A DNA stretch of 64,000 nucleotides, taken from assembly GCA_963828255.1 (NCBI GenBank), contig CAWHDZ010000030.1:128001-192000 (forward strand). Direction: 5' to 3'. Below, in pieces: positions 20,663 through 29,964 of the stretch. The position numbers and the translations under genes were made by a program. The stretch is from an uncultured delta proteobacterium (GTDB taxonomy: Bacteria > Myxococcota > Myxococcia > Myxococcales > Anaeromyxobacteraceae). The notes beneath the pieces were generated by a model. The model did no database searches. It saw only the letters and a list, made by a program, of their open reading frames with translations, and had not been told where the DNA came from. Every line of letters begins with the position of its first letter. Positions within the stretch are counted from its first letter, which is position 1.

Positions 20663-21184
20663 TTGCGTCCGTCCGCCCCGCTCGCCATCCTCGCCGCCCT
20701 GGCTCTCCTCGCCGCGACCCCAGCCCGCGCCGGTGACTGCAACGTGGAGGTCGGGCCCAACGACCGGGTGTCCCGTGGGGAATCGCTGGTCATCCGCTCC
20801 GGCGAGCAGGTGGAGAATGCCGTCGCCCTCCACGGCGATCTCACGGTCGAGGCGGGAGCGGTGGTGGAGAAGGCGGTGGCCGTGGGTGGCTCGGTCACCA
20901 TCCGCTCCGGCGGGCGGGTGAAGCAGGATGCGGTGGCCCTCGGCGGGGACGTCGTCGTCGAGGCCGATGGAAGGGTCGGGAAGGACGCGGTCTCGCTGGG
21001 CGGGCAGGTCCAGGAGTCGAAGGGATCGCGGATCGAGGGCAGCGTGGTCGGGCTGGCGTTCCAGGGGGGCAAGTCGTCGCTCTCCAAGGAGATCCTCAAG
21101 GGCCTCACCTCGATCAAGGGCTGCAAAATCGAGTTGAAGGGCGGGACCGGGGGGAGCGACGCGATTACAATCCGCCGTCCATGA
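20663..21184 (+). CDS. Secreted beta-helical (bactofilin/polymer-forming-like) repeat protein
   Basis: TTG start with GGAGG RBS; signal peptide; about four 18-aa repeats of AVA(L/V)GG(D/S)V. Confidence 0.65.
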   Translation: MRPSAPLAILAALALLAATPARAGDCNVEVGPNDRVSRGESLVIRSGEQVENAVALHGDLTVEAGAVVEKAVAVGGSVTIRSGGRVKQDAVALGGDVVVEADGRVGKDAVSLGGQVQESKGSRIEGSVVGLAFQGGKSSLSKEILKGLTSIKGCKIELKGGTGGSDAITIRRP

Positions 21185-22245
21185 GCACGACACCGGACGG
21201 GCGGCGGCAGTTCGCGAGCGACAACTACGCAGGCATCTGCCCGGAGGCCTGGGAGGCCATGGCCCGCGCCAACGTGGGGCACGTGCAGTCCTACGGCGAC
21301 GACCCCTGGACGGCCCGGGCGGCGGACCTCCTGCGGGAGCTCTTCGAGACCGACTGCGAGATCTTCTTCGTCTTCAACGGCACCGCGGCCAACTCGCTGG
21401 CGCTGGCCTCGATGTGCCAGAGCTACCATTCCATCGTCTGCAGCGAGACCGCCCACGTCGAGACCGACGAGTGCGGCGCCCCCGAGTTCTTCTCCAACGG
21501 GACCAAGGTCCTCACCGTCGAGGGCAAGCTCGGCAAGATCGACCCCGCCGCGGTGGACTGGGCGGTGCGGCGCCGCACCGACATCCACTACCCCAAGCCC
21601 CGGGTGGTGAGCCTCACCCAGGCCACCGAGCTCGGCACGGTCTACGCGCCCGACGAGCTGAAGGCCATCTGGGCCCGGGCCAAGTCCCACGACCTGCGCA
21701 TCCACATGGACGGCGCCCGGTTCGCGAACGCCGTGGCCTCGCTGGGGTGCGCCCCCAAGGAGATCACCTGGCAGGCCGGGGTGGACGTGCTCTGCTTCGG
21801 GGGCACCAAGAACGGCATGGCGGTGGGCGACGCGGTGGTCTTCTTCGACCGGAACCTGGCCCGCGAGTTCGACTACCGGTGCAAGCAGGCCGGGCAGCTC
21901 TCCTCCAAGATGCGCTTCCTGGCCGCGCCCTGGGTGGGCATGCTGGAGGGGGGCGCCTGGCTGCGCAACGCCCGCCACGCCAACGCCATGGCCGAGCTGC
22001 TGCACGGGCTCGTGAAGGACGTCCCGGGCGTCGAGGTGCTCTACCCCCGGCAGGTGAACAGCATCTTCCTCAAGCTCGCCCCGGCGGTCCGCGACGCCCT
22101 GCACGCGCGCGGCTGGCACTTCTACGACTTCATCGGCTGGGGCGGGGCGCGTCTCATGTGCTCCTGGGACACCACCGAGGAGGACGTGCGGGCCTTCGCG
22201 CGCGACCTCTCCCAGGCCGCGGCGAAGAACCCGTCGGTGCCGTGA
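21181..22245 (+). CDS. ltaE: Low-specificity L-threonine aldolase
   Basis: FASDN, FNGTAAN, HMDGARFANA, FGGTKNG (PLP Lys), SKMRF. Confidence 0.93.
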   Translation: MSTTPDGRRQFASDNYAGICPEAWEAMARANVGHVQSYGDDPWTARAADLLRELFETDCEIFFVFNGTAANSLALASMCQSYHSIVCSETAHVETDECGAPEFFSNGTKVLTVEGKLGKIDPAAVDWAVRRRTDIHYPKPRVVSLTQATELGTVYAPDELKAIWARAKSHDLRIHMDGARFANAVASLGCAPKEITWQAGVDVLCFGGTKNGMAVGDAVVFFDRNLAREFDYRCKQAGQLSSKMRFLAAPWVGMLEGGAWLRNARHANAMAELLHGLVKDVPGVEVLYPRQVNSIFLKLAPAVRDALHARGWHFYDFIGWGGARLMCSWDTTEEDVRAFARDLSQAAAKNPSVP

Positions 22246-23381
22246 CGGTGGGGCCAGAGGCGCAGGCCTGAATCACTACGGGTGAACTCCGCCGCGCCGT
22301 CCCCGAAGGCCCCGGCCACCTCCTCGTTCTCCTCGCGGCGCAGCGTGCAGGTGGCGTAGACGAGCCGCCCGCCGGGCCGGACGTGCCGGGCGGCCCGCTC
22401 GAGGATCGAGAGCTGGAGCGCTGGAAGCGCGGCGAACGACGCCGGGTCGATGCGAAAGCGCAGGTCCGGGCCCCGCCGGAGCGTGCCCAGCTCGGAGCAG
22501 GGGGCGTCCACGAGGACCCGGTCGGCGAGGAGGCCCACGGGCGCCTCCGGGCCGTGCACGGTCACGACCGCCCCGGCATGGGCGGCCCGGGTGCGCAGCC
22601 GGGAGAGGCGGGCCTCGTCCGGGTCGCAGGCGTGGACCGTTCCGGCCGGACCGACCGCCGCCGCGAGCTGGAGTGTCTTCCCGCCGGCGCCGGCGCAGAG
22701 GTCGAGCACCGTCTCGCCGGGAAGCGCCCCCACCGCCTCGCCGACGAGCTGGCTCCCCTCGTCCTGCACCTCGAGCAGCCCCTCCCGGTAGGCGCGGAGG
22801 GCGAGCAGGTTGGGGCGGGGGGAGAGCACCTCCAGGCCGTCCGGGGCGACCAGGGTCGGGCGGGTCGCCACTCCTTCCGCGGCAAGGCGGACGGCGAGGT
22901 CGTCGCGCGAGGTCCGGGCGCGGTTCACCCGCAGGAAGATCGGACCGGGGAGGGAGAGCGCGTCGGCGAGGAGCGGGGCCTCGTCGCCCACCTCGCGCAC
23001 CAGGATGTCGGCGAGCCAGCCGGGCAGGGAGTGGCGGGTCGCCAGGTCCGCGGGCGGCGCGACGGGAGGCGGCAACGCGCCGGAGGGGAGGGCGCAGAGC
23101 CGCTCGGCGTCGTCGCGACCGGCCAGGTCGCGCAGGAGCGAGGCGAGGAGCAGGAGCGGGGGCGCCGGGTCGCCAGCGTGGAAGCGGAGCCGGCGGCGCC
23201 AGAGCCCCACGCCGAAGATCGCCTCGGCGGCGGCCTGCCGGCCCCGCGCATCGAGGTCGCGGCGGGAGCGGAGGAAGCGGTCGAGGACCCGCTCGGCTGC
23301 AGCCCCGGAGAGCACCGCGCCGAGGGGCGCCGCGAGCGCGGGGGCGAGCCGGGCCAGCGCATCCCAGGGGAGGGCGCGCAG
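22122..23381 (-). CDS. RsmB/NOP2-family RNA m5C methyltransferase (start uncertain)
   Basis: EVQDEGSQL, DLCAGAGGKT, VLVDAPCS, LVYATCT, PHRHGTDGFF. No clear ATG/GTG at the expected start. Confidence 0.88.
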   Translation of the reverse strand: MRALPWDALARLAPALAAPLGAVLSGAAAERVLDRFLRSRRDLDARGRQAAAEAIFGVGLWRRRLRFHAGDPAPPLLLLASLLRDLAGRDDAERLCALPSGALPPPVAPPADLATRHSLPGWLADILVREVGDEAPLLADALSLPGPIFLRVNRARTSRDDLAVRLAAEGVATRPTLVAPDGLEVLSPRPNLLALRAYREGLLEVQDEGSQLVGEAVGALPGETVLDLCAGAGGKTLQLAAAVGPAGTVHACDPDEARLSRLRTRAAHAGAVVTVHGPEAPVGLLADRVLVDAPCSELGTLRRGPDLRFRIDPASFAALPALQLSILERAARHVRPGGRLVYATCTLRREENEEVAGAFGDGAAEFTRSDSGLRLWPHRHGTDGFFAAAWERSRAKARTSSSVVSQEHMRRAPPQPMKS

Positions 23382-23407
23382 CCGGGACGCGGCCCGATCG
23401 GGCGGGG

Positions 23408-23959
23408 CTACTTCGCCGCCTCGACCCAGAGGAAGCCCCGGAAGTCGCCCTCGGCGTAGCCCACGGCGCGGTCGGCGGGGTAACGGGCCGCGATGGCCTC
23501 CTTCACCGTGGGTTGAAGGGATGCGGCCGGGCCGTGGCAGCCCAGGCAGGCCGACCCGACCGTGATGGGGAGCAGCACCCCGACCTTCCCGCCCAGGTCG
23601 ACCGCGACGGGCTTCACCTCGGCGCCCTTCTTCCCGGCGGCGGCCTCGAGGGGCGCGCGGGTCCAGTCGGGTGGAACGTTGGCGGGGTTGCGCAGCCGGT
23701 CCGAGGTGCGCCCCATCTTCACGCCGGCGGAGGCCGAGGTCTCGCCGGCGATGCGCGCCGCGTCCCTGGCGCAGACGTCGATCGCGGCCGGGGGTCCACC
23801 CTGCTTCATCGCCTCGCCGAGGCGCGCCTGGAGCGCCTTCTGGAAGGCACGGCCAGACTCCTGGGCTTTCTCGATGGCGGAGCCCCACGCGGCCGGGGCG
23901 TCGGAGAGAGGAACGGCAGGAGCGGCCAGGACGGTGGTGAGGACGAGGGCGACGAGCAA
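23408..23959 (-). CDS. DUF3365/Tll0287-like monoheme c protein
   Basis: RTSDRLRNPANVP, CLGCH, YPADRAVGYAEGDFRG. Confidence 0.88.
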   Translation of the reverse strand: MLVALVLTTVLAAPAVPLSDAPAAWGSAIEKAQESGRAFQKALQARLGEAMKQGGPPAAIDVCARDAARIAGETSASAGVKMGRTSDRLRNPANVPPDWTRAPLEAAAGKKGAEVKPVAVDLGGKVGVLLPITVGSACLGCHGPAASLQPTVKEAIAARYPADRAVGYAEGDFRGFLWVEAAK

Positions 23960-24055
23960 GGGAGCCTCCGGGGCGGGTGACGGAGAAGGACTCTAGCCCA
24001 GTGGCGGCGGCCCGGGGAGTTGCCTCGGGGGGCCCTCTCTGGGACAACGGGGTCC

Positions 24056-24538
24056 ATGTCGATCGCGCTCTACTTCGCCGGTGTCGTGCTCCTCGCGGCG
24101 GGGGTGGCCGGACTCGTGCTGCCGGTCCTCCCCGGCGCGGTTCTGCTCGTCGCCGGCGTCGTGGCGCTGGCCTGGGCCGGAGACTTCGCCATCCTGGGAT
24201 GGGGCACCGTGGCCTTCGCCGGCGTGATGGGGCTCGCCATCACCGCGGTGGACTGGGCCGCGAGCATCCTCGGGGCCAAGGCCTTCGGCGCCTCGAAGTG
24301 GGCGGTGATCGGCTCGGCAGTCGGGCTCGTGGTGGGGCTCTTCCTCGGCCTGCCCGGCATCATCCTGGGGCCGGCGGTGGGAGCGCTCGCCTTCGAGTAC
24401 GCCAAGGACCCGAACTTCGAGCGGGCGCTCAAGGCGGGCGTGGGGGCCTTCCTGGGCTTCGTGCTGGGGAGCGTGCTCAAGGTGACGCTCGCCTTCGTGC
24501 TCGTCGGCGTCGTGGCGCTGCGCTACCTCTTCCGCTGA
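24056..24538 (+). CDS. DUF456-family membrane protein
   Basis: LPVLPG, AKAFGASKWA, GIILGPAVGA; several TM segments. Confidence 0.85.
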   Translation: MSIALYFAGVVLLAAGVAGLVLPVLPGAVLLVAGVVALAWAGDFAILGWGTVAFAGVMGLAITAVDWAASILGAKAFGASKWAVIGSAVGLVVGLFLGLPGIILGPAVGALAFEYAKDPNFERALKAGVGAFLGFVLGSVLKVTLAFVLVGVVALRYLFR

Positions 24539-24547
24539 GGGCGCCGC

Positions 24548-24955
24548 CTACCGCCGTGTGCCCCTGCCCCTCCCGCCCGCGAGCCCTGCGCGGAGCAGGG
24601 CCCCTCCCACGCCTCCGATCGCGACGACGACGCCCGTGAACCCCGCCAGCTGGGCGATGGAGGCCCAGGTGCTGGGGTGCTGCGCATCGGTCAGGCCGAT
24701 GGCCAGCTTGATCACGTGGGGTGCGGGCAAGGCGGCCCAGACGATGGCCGCGGCCGGCCACCCCGAAAAGCCCCAGAGGCCGCCGATGGCCGCCGACGCC
24801 GCCAGCAGCAGGGCGACGACGACGACCGGGCTCACCTCGCCCCCGTTCGCGAAGCCGTCCACCAGGGCGATGCCGACCCCGCAGGCGATCCCGAAATCGA
24901 GGCGGGTCGGGTGGGAGATGGAGAACCTCACCCCGACGACTCTAGCGCCTTGCAC
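24548..24955 (-). CDS. Hypothetical membrane protein
   Basis: Four hydrophobic segments filling the gap between DUF456 and upp. Confidence 0.5.
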   Translation of the reverse strand: MQGARVVGVRFSISHPTRLDFGIACGVGIALVDGFANGGEVSPVVVVALLLAASAAIGGLWGFSGWPAAAIVWAALPAPHVIKLAIGLTDAQHPSTWASIAQLAGFTGVVVAIGGVGGALLRAGLAGGRGRGTRR

Positions 24956-24984
24956 CCCTCCGCGCCCCGGGGCAGAGTGCGCCG

Positions 24985-25800
24985 GTGCGCGACACCCTCT
25001 ACGACAGCGTTCCCTTCCGCGTCCCCGAGATCGAGCATCGCTACGGGGCCAACGTCCACCTGCTCGCCGATCCGCTCATGCTCGACCTTCTCGCCAAGCT
25101 CGCGGCCAGGGAGACCGAGCAGCCCACGGTGAACAACCTGGTGGTGGACATCTACCGCGGCCTCTCCCGCGTGGTGCTGAACGCCGAGTTCCCGCGGAAG
25201 ATCGTCGAGGTCCCCACCCGGATGATCGAGCACACGCCCGAGGGCGTCTGGCGCGGCCAGATCCTCGAGCCCGAGACCCGTGCGGTGACCGTGAACATCG
25301 CCCGCGCCGGGGCGGTACCGTCGCACACCGTGTACGGAATCCTCAACACGGTGCTCGTCCCGAGGCTGGTCCGGCAGGACCACATCATCATGAGCCGCAT
25401 GCTGGGCGACGCCGAGCAGGTGGTGGGCGCCGGCATCGGGGGCATGAAGATCGGCGGCGACGTGGACGGGGCCTTCCTGCTCTTCCCGGATCCCATGGGT
25501 GCAACCGGGTCGTCCCTCTCCATGGCGCTCGACACCTACAAGAAGAAGGTGCCGGGCACGCCGCGGAAGATCATCGCGCTGCACCTCGTGGTCACGCCCG
25601 AGTACCTGAAGCGCATGCGGAAGGACCACCCGGAGGTGGTGGTCTACGCGGTGCGGCTCGACCGCGGGCTGTCGCCCGAGAAGGTGAAGGGCACCGTCCC
25701 CGGGACGTTCTGGGACGAGGAGAAGGGCTTGAACGACCACGACTACATCGTCCCCGGGGCCGGCGGCCTCGGCGAGGTGATGAACAACGCGTGGGTTTGA
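24985..25800 (+). CDS. upp: Uracil phosphoribosyltransferase
   Basis: IARAG, PRPP loop FPDPMGATGSS, C-terminal GLNDHDYIVPGAGGLG. Confidence 0.88.
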   Translation: MRDTLYDSVPFRVPEIEHRYGANVHLLADPLMLDLLAKLAARETEQPTVNNLVVDIYRGLSRVVLNAEFPRKIVEVPTRMIEHTPEGVWRGQILEPETRAVTVNIARAGAVPSHTVYGILNTVLVPRLVRQDHIIMSRMLGDAEQVVGAGIGGMKIGGDVDGAFLLFPDPMGATGSSLSMALDTYKKKVPGTPRKIIALHLVVTPEYLKRMRKDHPEVVVYAVRLDRGLSPEKVKGTVPGTFWDEEKGLNDHDYIVPGAGGLGEVMNNAWV

Positions 25801-25835
25801 CGGCGCCGGCTTCAGCCGGCGCAGGAACCACTCAC
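25743..25835 (+). repeat. Direct repeat copy 1: upp 3' end plus downstream hairpin
   Basis: 25743-25800 is identical (58 bp) to 26452-26509; similarity continues with a few mismatches through GCGCCGGC-TTCA-GCCGGCGC to CCACTCAC. Confidence 0.95.
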
Positions 25836-25894
25836 GGAACCGTCTCCGGCCAGCCCTGCTTCCACTCCCACGCGCCTGGGCCTACAATTCGTCC

Positions 25895-26185
25895 GTGCGT
25901 CGTGCCGATGCCATCGCGTTTTTCGCCTCCCACCGGGACGACCTGCGCCGGCTCGGGATCAGCTCGCTCCTCGTCTTCGGCTCCGTCGCGCGAGACCAGG
26001 CCCGGCCCGACAGCGACATCGACCTCATCGCCGAGTTCGACCATCCGGTCGGCTACCTCGGTCTTGCCCGGGTCCAGCATGAGCTCGAGCGGCTCCTCGG
26101 CCGCAGCATCGACCTGGCCACGCCCGGAATGATCCGCCCGGAATTCCGTGACCGGATCTACGGGGAGGCCGTGCGTGCCGCCTAG
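25895..26185 (+). CDS. mntA: Minimal nucleotidyltransferase (MntA-type antitoxin)
   Basis: VFGSVARDQARPDSDIDLIAEF (GSx10DxD); LERLLGRSIDL; 96 aa. Confidence 0.9.
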   Translation: MRRADAIAFFASHRDDLRRLGISSLLVFGSVARDQARPDSDIDLIAEFDHPVGYLGLARVQHELERLLGRSIDLATPGMIRPEFRDRIYGEAVRAA

Positions 26186-26425
26186 AGAGTCGATGCCGTC
26201 AGCTACGCCATCGTCGTCATCGGCGAGGCTGCCAACGCGCTGAAGGACATGGGTCCCAGGCTGGCACCCGAGATCCCCTGGCCCGACATCCGTGGGATGC
26301 GGAACCAGGTCGCGCATGAGTACTTTGGAGTCGACGTGAAGGTCCTCTGGCAAACCGTGCGAGAGGACCTGCCGCCGTTGCTCGCATCCCTTCGAGCTCT
26401 TTCCGCGCGTTCCGATCCGGCTTGA
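26175..26425 (+). pseudogene. hepT: HepT/DUF86 HEPN ribonuclease toxin, N-terminally deleted and frameshifted
   Basis: GTG-CCG-CCT-AGA-GAG start at 26175 is out of frame with VDAVSYAIVVIGEAANAL...PEIPWPDIRGMRNQVAHEYFGVD...LWQTVREDLPPL* (26189-26425); Rx4HxY motif is intact. Confidence 0.85.
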
Positions 26426-26451
26426 AACAGCTTCCTTGAGCAAGCTTGCTG

Positions 26452-26545
26452 CTACATCGTCCCCGGGGCCGGCGGCCTCGGCGAGGTGATGAACAACGCG
26501 TGGGTTTGAGCAGCGCCGGCTTCAGCCGGCGCAAGAGCCACTCAC
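26452..26545 (+). repeat. Direct repeat copy 2: displaced upp 3' fragment (att-like) plus hairpin
   Basis: Encodes YIVPGAGGLGEVMNNAWV* again; preceded by the perfect palindrome AGCAAGCTTGCT (26439-26450). Confidence 0.95.
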
Positions 26546-26590
26546 TCATCCGCTTCCGGGATCACGAAGATCCCACCCCCTGACGCACGA

Positions 26591-26621
26591 AGGCCCCGAT
26601 CGCTCGCGCGACCGGGGCCCC
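26591..26621 (-). terminator. GC-rich hairpin after the Cys-rich lipoprotein gene; near-copy of the mdh terminator
   Basis: AGGCCCCGATCGCTCGCGCGACCGGGGCCCC matches 31129-31159 at 29 of 31 positions. Confidence 0.7.
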
Positions 26622-26633
26622 ATCACATCACGA

Positions 26634-29600
26634 TCACTGCCGGGTGAGAGTGACCACGGGATAATGGATCACGATCGGGGACTCGCTCTGAAGGTCATAG
26701 AAGAGCATCCGCAACTCGTTCCCTGTGGACCCGAAGTACGGGCGCAGCGGTTCGAAGGCCACCCCGTTCCAGCCGCAGATGGGCGTCAACAGGAGCTGGG
26801 AGCCCGACACCTGATAGGCGGTCGTGCTGCGCACTTCGCCCACTCCGCTGCGCCAGTCCACGACCTGCATGGTGCCCGACTGCAAGGAATAGGCGCTCCT
26901 CGCCGTCCAGGAAGTGGGGCCCGACGGTCCTGCCGGGCTGGAGTAGATGTTGCTCCCGGTCAGGATGTACGTACCCTCCACGATCGAGGCCGCCCCCAAC
27001 GCCGATGTCGGCGGGCTGGACGGCACATACACTGGCTGTACTTCCGTGGCGGCGTTCACCAGGTCGTTGCACGCGCAGGCGCCGCCGGCGCAGACCATCG
27101 GGCTGTACGCGGCCAGTTCCGAGGTGGTCGTGGCCGAGGGAGTCGCCACGGCATACGTCAACGACTTCACCCGTCCCACCCCGGGCGCATACCAGGCGAT
27201 GAAAACTGACGACGGGGCGTTCGAAAAGGCGATGAGGGTCGTCACCTTGAGTGCCGAGAACGTTCCAGCCGGCACGGTGACGGACTCGACTCCATTGACC
27301 GTCAGGTTCCGGGTCTGCGTGGCTACTCCCGGCGAGACGGTGGACGTCCTCGAAGCCGTCGCTCCCGGGAAGATGTCGGGCGGTAGGAGCAACGCCGGTG
27401 GGCTGTAGGCAAAGCTCGAGGTCAGCGATCCGGTTGCCGAATAGAGCAAGGAACTGACCACACCCAGGCCGCCGCCATCGGACGTCAAGGAGGAGACCTG
27501 GTAGGGGCCTTGATCGTAACGAGCCACGCCCGTCGCCTGGTTGGTGCTGGTGATTCTCCTGGTGAAAGAGGGCAGGGTGTACCCGACTGCTTCATCGGTC
27601 TGGATGGTGGGAGTGCCAGTAGAAGGCGTGACGACATAGCTTCGCGCAACAGAAGCCCCAGCCAGGTCCGGTGAGCCCGAAAATCCGCAGGCGCCCGTCG
27701 AGCAGGTGAGGCCGTTGCCGCAGCTGGTGCCGTCGGGTTGGTTGCCGGACACGCCGCAGGTCAGGAACCCGTCTGCGTCGCAGGTGGTCGCGTAGGTCTT
27801 GCACGGGTTCGCGGTTCCGGCAGGTGTGCAGGCGGTACCGGCGGCGCACGCCTGAGGTTGGCAAGTTCCGGTCGAGCAATTCATGGGGGCGTATCCCGAG
27901 AGTTCCGAGACGGTGCTACTCGACGGAGTGGCGTTCTCGAAGTTGAGCGATTTCACGAGCCCGAACCCTCGCACGAACCAGGCCACGGAGGTTCGCGGCG
28001 TGGTCGTTCCCGTGATGGTCGTTCCCGTGATGACGGTCGTGATCTTGAGGGCGGAGAACGTGCCGGCGGGTACCGATACCGACTCGATTCCGTTGACCGT
28101 CCAGGAACGGAGCTCCGTGAAGGTCGTCGTCCCGCTCGCACCTGTCCGGGTGACGGTCGACTGGGTTGTACGAGTGACGCCCGGCGTCGTGTCCGCGGGG
28201 ACGATCGGTGCTGGGGGATCGTACGTGTAGGTGGAGACCGTCTCGGTGCCGCCAACGACCTCGTGCAGGACGTATCCACTCATCGAGACCGCCCCACCGG
28301 ACTGGACGAGGGTCATCACCGAGTAGTTGGCGCGGTTACTCGCGGTCGACTTGATGGTCCAGGTCGGTGGCGTGTACGTGAGCGGCACGACGTCCTCGGT
28401 GAAAGCAACACCGGGGGAGGGAGGAGTGGCGCGATACCGTGACGCCATGCCGATGGGGAAGTAGTCGGTCGAACCGGACGAGCCGCAGGTCCCGGCCTGG
28501 CATGTGAGGCCCGTGCCGCAGCTGGTGCCGTCGGCCGCATTTCCGGACACGCCGCAGGTCTGGACGCCGCTCGTGTCGCAGGCGGTCGCGTAGGTCTTGC
28601 AGAGGTCGGGCGTGGTGGGGGGAGTGCAGGTCTGGCCGGAGGTGCAGGCTGGTGCTTGACGTAGCGTGTACACCATCAACGTCCCCATCGAAGGGCCACT
28701 CGCAGCGAGGGTGCGAAGTTCGGTCGCCGTTGCCGTGTAACCCAACGTGTATCCCACCTCCCCGCCTCCGCAGACCGAGGATGTGACCGTGTAGGTGGTC
28801 CCCACGAGGGAGTAGGTGACAACGGTCGGCGTCACCGGCTGGGAAGGACTTTGGCCGTAAGCGATCACGGCCTGCAGTGTTCCTCCGGAGATCACATTCA
28901 TCCCGGCGTAAGGGCTTGGCTGGGTTCCCGTGATACCGCCGGGCCCGGTGTAGATGATGCGGGCCGTCAAGTCGTAGACGCCATCGATGATGGTGCCCCC
29001 AAGAGGCGTCGGTGGGGCAGCCGCCACCCTGGTTTCCTGGATCTGCGTGAACGTGTTTGCGACCGGGCTGCAACTCAGTGGGGTGCAGGTTCCTGCCGTG
29101 CACGTGTTGCCGCTGCCGCACGGTGTGTAGTCGGTCTCGTTGCCAGACACGCCGCAGGTCTCGAGCCGCTCGTGTCGCAGGCGGTCGCGTAGGTCTTGCA
29201 GGAGTCGGCGTCCCGGTCGGCGTGCAGGTCTGGCCCGCGGTGCACTGCGTGCGCCGCAGACACCGGCGGTGCACACGTTGACGCCGCCGCACGCGGCCCC
29301 ATCCGCCACGACTTCGCCGCCGTGTCCGCGCACGCCGGCGTCCCGTTGCAGGTGGTGCGCCGACATGACAGGCGTTCGCCGGCGTGCAAGCGGTGCCGAC
29401 GGCGCAAGCCGCGCCCACGAAGCCGATGCTGAAGTGGGTGACCTGGGGCGAGCGGTCGTACCGCTCACCGTGGCGGGCAGGACGTCCCACTCGGTCGTGC
29501 TTCCGGGCTTGGTCCAGTAGACGGCGACGTCGGCGGACCTGGTGCCGGCCGGAACCGGGAAGCTCACCGTCACGGGAGCCGCGAAGGTCGTGCCAGCGGG

Positions 29601-29859
29601 TCCGAACTGATAGAGCGAGGAGACCGCACCGGCCGGAGCGGTGGCGGTGGACGCCGCGACCGTGATGGTGGTGTTCGCGGAAAGTGCTCCGGCAGGCACG
29701 GTGACCGTGGGGCCGCTCGCCATCGGACGGTTCCGCCCGCCGTCCCGACGGTGCCGGGGTCCGGAATCGGGATCGGCGCTCGCCGCCACATCCGGACAGG
29801 CTCAATCCACAAAGAAGGGCCGCGCAGGCAGCGGCGAACATCGCTCTCGAACGTCGCAT
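26634..29859 (-). CDS. Large modular Cys-rich surface lipoprotein; N-terminal ~720 bp multiply frameshifted (assembly error or pseudogene)
   Basis: Lipobox LSGC in the frame starting at 29859; ZU5-like TVTVPAGAL...FGPAGTTFAAPVTVSF; three CKTYAT(A/T)CD..G..TCGVSGN Cys modules; two ESV.VPAGTFSALK domains; open reading from about 29160 to 26634. Confidence 0.75.
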
Positions 29860-29964
29860 CGGTGGTCTCCCCCAAGAGCGCCCACGAAGGGGGGCGCTAC
29901 CAAGTGGGGAATCCTGCCAGGACGGCTTACACGGAATCTCTGGGGGAAACCCCAGAACGAACGC

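Noticed and set aside
26183..26185. TAG as a pyrrolysine codon fusing mntA and hepT
   Set aside because: There are no pyl genes in the window, and the native hepT start is still visible, which indicates a deletion.
25801..26545. Integron cassette interpretation of mntA-hepT
   Set aside because: No intI is present and I found no RYYYAAC...GTTRRRY attC structure; the flanks are a host-gene duplication.
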